Assembly (NCBI GenBank): GCA_001179505.1
Contig: CDMY01000436.1
Location: 248,001 to 312,000, forward strand
Reading direction: 5' to 3'
Source: Vitrella brassicaformis CCMP3155
Taxonomy: Eukaryota; Protista; Chromerida
Length of the DNA: 64,000 nt
Below are positions 61,596-64,000 of this stretch, one piece after another; the first letter of the stretch is position 1, and the number at the start of each line of letters is the position of its first letter. A model generated the notes under the pieces. The model worked only from the letters and a program-made list of their open reading frames with translations. It ran no database searches and was not told the origin of the DNA. The position numbers and the translations under genes are program-made.

Positions 61596-63783
61596 ATGCG
61601 ACCCAGCAGAGAGATGAAACAGAAAGCCCCAAAGACGACAGCCCTGCGTCCGCAACCAACAAGTCACAGACAGACTGACAGACTCTGTACTTGCATACTT
61701 CCATACTTGCCGTAACGAAGTAGGGGCCCGGAGGAGTTGAGAGTGGGATCACTGCAGAGGCGCTGCATTAAGAGCAGCCGGATGCATGAGCAGGTACATC
61801 TCCTTTCGGCTCGAGCTTGCAGGCCCCCACAAGCCCCCATAGAGGAGAAGGGCCTCAGTCTGCAATATTGCTGTCACGGAGCATCATGCAGCAGCAGAAT
61901 GGCATTCATGAAGAGAACAAACCCACTGCTCTCCCGCTGTCTCAAATCACATTCGGTTCGTTTTGTTCATCGCGCCTGACGTACACGGAAACGACTCCGC
62001 AGTGCAATGTCCGCCACATGTGATGCTGTGTGATGCTTGCAGACCTCGGCGCCCCTCTTGGTTGTGTGAGTTATTCTCGTGAAGGCAAGAACCTTTGTGT
62101 GGGGTCGACGGAGGGCGTGAGAATCGTCGATGTGGACAACAGCCGATTGCTGCCCATTGGACACGACAAACACTCTGACAGTCAACTCGGTAAGGCCACT
62201 CGATGGGGCAGTCAGCAAGGATGTTGTACGTCCTGATTTGCTGTGGTTGATTGCTTTTTTGTTTTGTTTTTTTTTTTCAGGCGGGGCCACGCTGGCCGTC
62301 GCCTATTCGGCAGACAACACCACAATATGCTACGCAGCACAGGTAGAGGGAAGGCTTGCGACACAACAGTGGTCTGCCTTTGCTGCTTCCTGCAGGACCG
62401 CTCTCTTCGTTCTGTGGATGTGACCCAACGGCCTTTGCGAGAGACATCTCGTGTGTATCTGGACAAGCACACCCTCACAATCACACCCGCGTCGTCAAAC
62501 AAATGGATATCCGCCACTGGTGAGGCCTTCTGCACCAACGTATGTATCGCCATTCCACCTTTTATCGTTTCTTCGTGTGTGCAGGGATGAATGGGCAGCT
62601 GGCGGTGTGGTCTCGCGAGTCTGGAGCGCTCCTGAATCCTCCCTGCACTCTGCATGATGGCCCGGTCATGGATGCCTGCCCTTTGTCCGAGTCTGAGGCG
62701 CCAACTCTTCTGGCCACTGTGGGGGAGACGTCGGGGATGGTCATCGTCGACCTTCTCAAATCTACCGCCGTCATGACGGTAAGAGAAGGACAGGCAGCTC
62801 ATGTCTCACATACGATGAGTTATCGGAGCTGATGTCTTGCTGCAGATTCCTGGTCGCTTCCATCGTGTTGCGAGCAACGGCAAGATTGTCATTGCGTGTA
62901 GCAGACAGGGCGACGTCCGCATGATGTCTGCGCGCAATCCGGCGCTGTATGAGGACTTTCTCATCCCTGCTGAGGCGCTGCAGCCACCCAATGCAGCTGG
63001 GAAGAGGGAAGGGGCGATGCAACCCGTCATTCGATCGCTCGCCGTGTCAGAGGTGAAAAGGAATGCAACGAAGTGAATGCAACCATGAACACCTTCACGA
63101 TGGTTTTTTTTTGCATAGACGCTGGTGGCGATTGGCATGAAAACGGGAGAGGTTGTGTTGCTTGGTGCCGCATCGCCCGCACACGTGCAGTCAGCACACG
63201 AACCGGAGACCGAAGGTACGAAACAACCAAGGGAGGGAGGGCGACAAGGGCTTCATGCCTCCTCCAATGTGTGTGCAGGCGAGGAGGTTGTCAGCCTGCC
63301 CCCCGATGCGTCGTCGGGCACTCCCATGTCCGATCGAGTGGGCGACCTGTCCAAGACGCTCGATAGCGAGCAGGGCGGGCACGTCGACATGAGACTGAAA
63401 CTCAACCTGGTGGCTGTTTTGAAGGGTACAGCACAACACGTGACCACGTAATCTTGTCGACAATGCCGGTGTGCCGTGTTGCAGGCCACAGCAAGGACGT
63501 GACTGGCATCACTTTCTCCGGCGACGGGTGCCGCGTTGCGTCTGTCAGCCTGGACGGCAAACTGAGAGTATGGGACTGCTCTCCGCTCCTGTCGTCCCTC
63601 GCCGCGCCATCATCGGCCAGCCCAGCACTCCCTGAATGCCCTGCTGGCTCGCCCTCATTCATGTTCCGTGAGCCACTAGTGCAGCGGCGGAGGGCGAGTA
63701 GCGGTGCCGCTGGTGGCGGGCAGCGTGAGCCCCGTGCCCAGTCCAGACAGGGGGCATCGCGACGGACATCCTCTCACTCGTAG
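61596..63783 (+). CDS. WD40-repeat protein (start uncertain)
   Basis: Propeller-blade motifs: LGCVSYSREGKNLCVGSTEGVRIVDV, GMNGQLAVWS..HDGPVMDAC, GHSKDVTGITFSGDGCRVASVSLDGKLRVWD. Stop at 63783. Confidence 0.8.
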
Positions 63784-64000
63784 GCAATTCACTCGGAACG
63801 TGGCATCTCTACTTGAGACTACCTCTATTTCTATTTCTCTCAGCCGTCCACGCGGATCGTCGCCTCCCCGGAGCGTGTCTCCGTCAGGAGGGAGCCGCAA
63901 GGCGCCACCGCCAGGCAGAGACCGCTCGCCCACATCAGCCCAGCGGCAGTCGCCTAAGTCTCCCTCACTCAAGGGCCCTCCGCTCCCGCAGGAGCAGCCG

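Noticed and set aside
1-64000. CRISPR arrays, rRNA, tRNA or prokaryotic operons
   Set aside because: None seen. The repeats are microsatellites or two-copy repeats, and the genes are spliced eukaryotic genes.
63676-64000. Minus-strand ORF at the window end
   Set aside because: May be the last exon of a gene outside the window; it overlaps the WD40 3' end and has no identifiable motif.

Overview
Eukaryotic, GC-rich, intron-dense nuclear DNA. Most introns carry (GT)n/(CA)n/(GGAT)n/(GACA)n microsatellites, and there are five 300-N scaffold gaps. Plastid-type signal+transit peptides, HAP2, alveolate-like PGK and AP-4 mu, and two members of lineage-expanded families suggest a chromerid alveolate such as Vitrella brassicaformis (inference, no database search). 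About 25 spliced genes are recognisable: PEP mutase, HAP2/GCS1, an HMG-box protein, a TVP38/VTT protein, mitoribosomal bL17m and uL29m, a NEIL3-like glycosylase, an ABCD half-transporter with an apparent long C-terminal extension, AP-4 mu, TRAPPC5, a cytochrome P450 in two separated halves, a GLG1-repeat-like membrane protein, an ankyrin protein, a plastid NAD(P)-binding protein, PGK and a WD40 protein. The most unusual region is 28.6-36.3 kb. A P450 is broken mid-exon, and the ~7.7 kb between the halves is bounded by the left and right ends of a ~4-kb divergent two-gene cassette. A complete copy of that cassette sits inside, together with TRAPPC5 and the 3' end of a CRE/RLE-type LINE. Exon boundaries were inferred by eye from GT/AG sites and reading frame, so gene spans are approximate.
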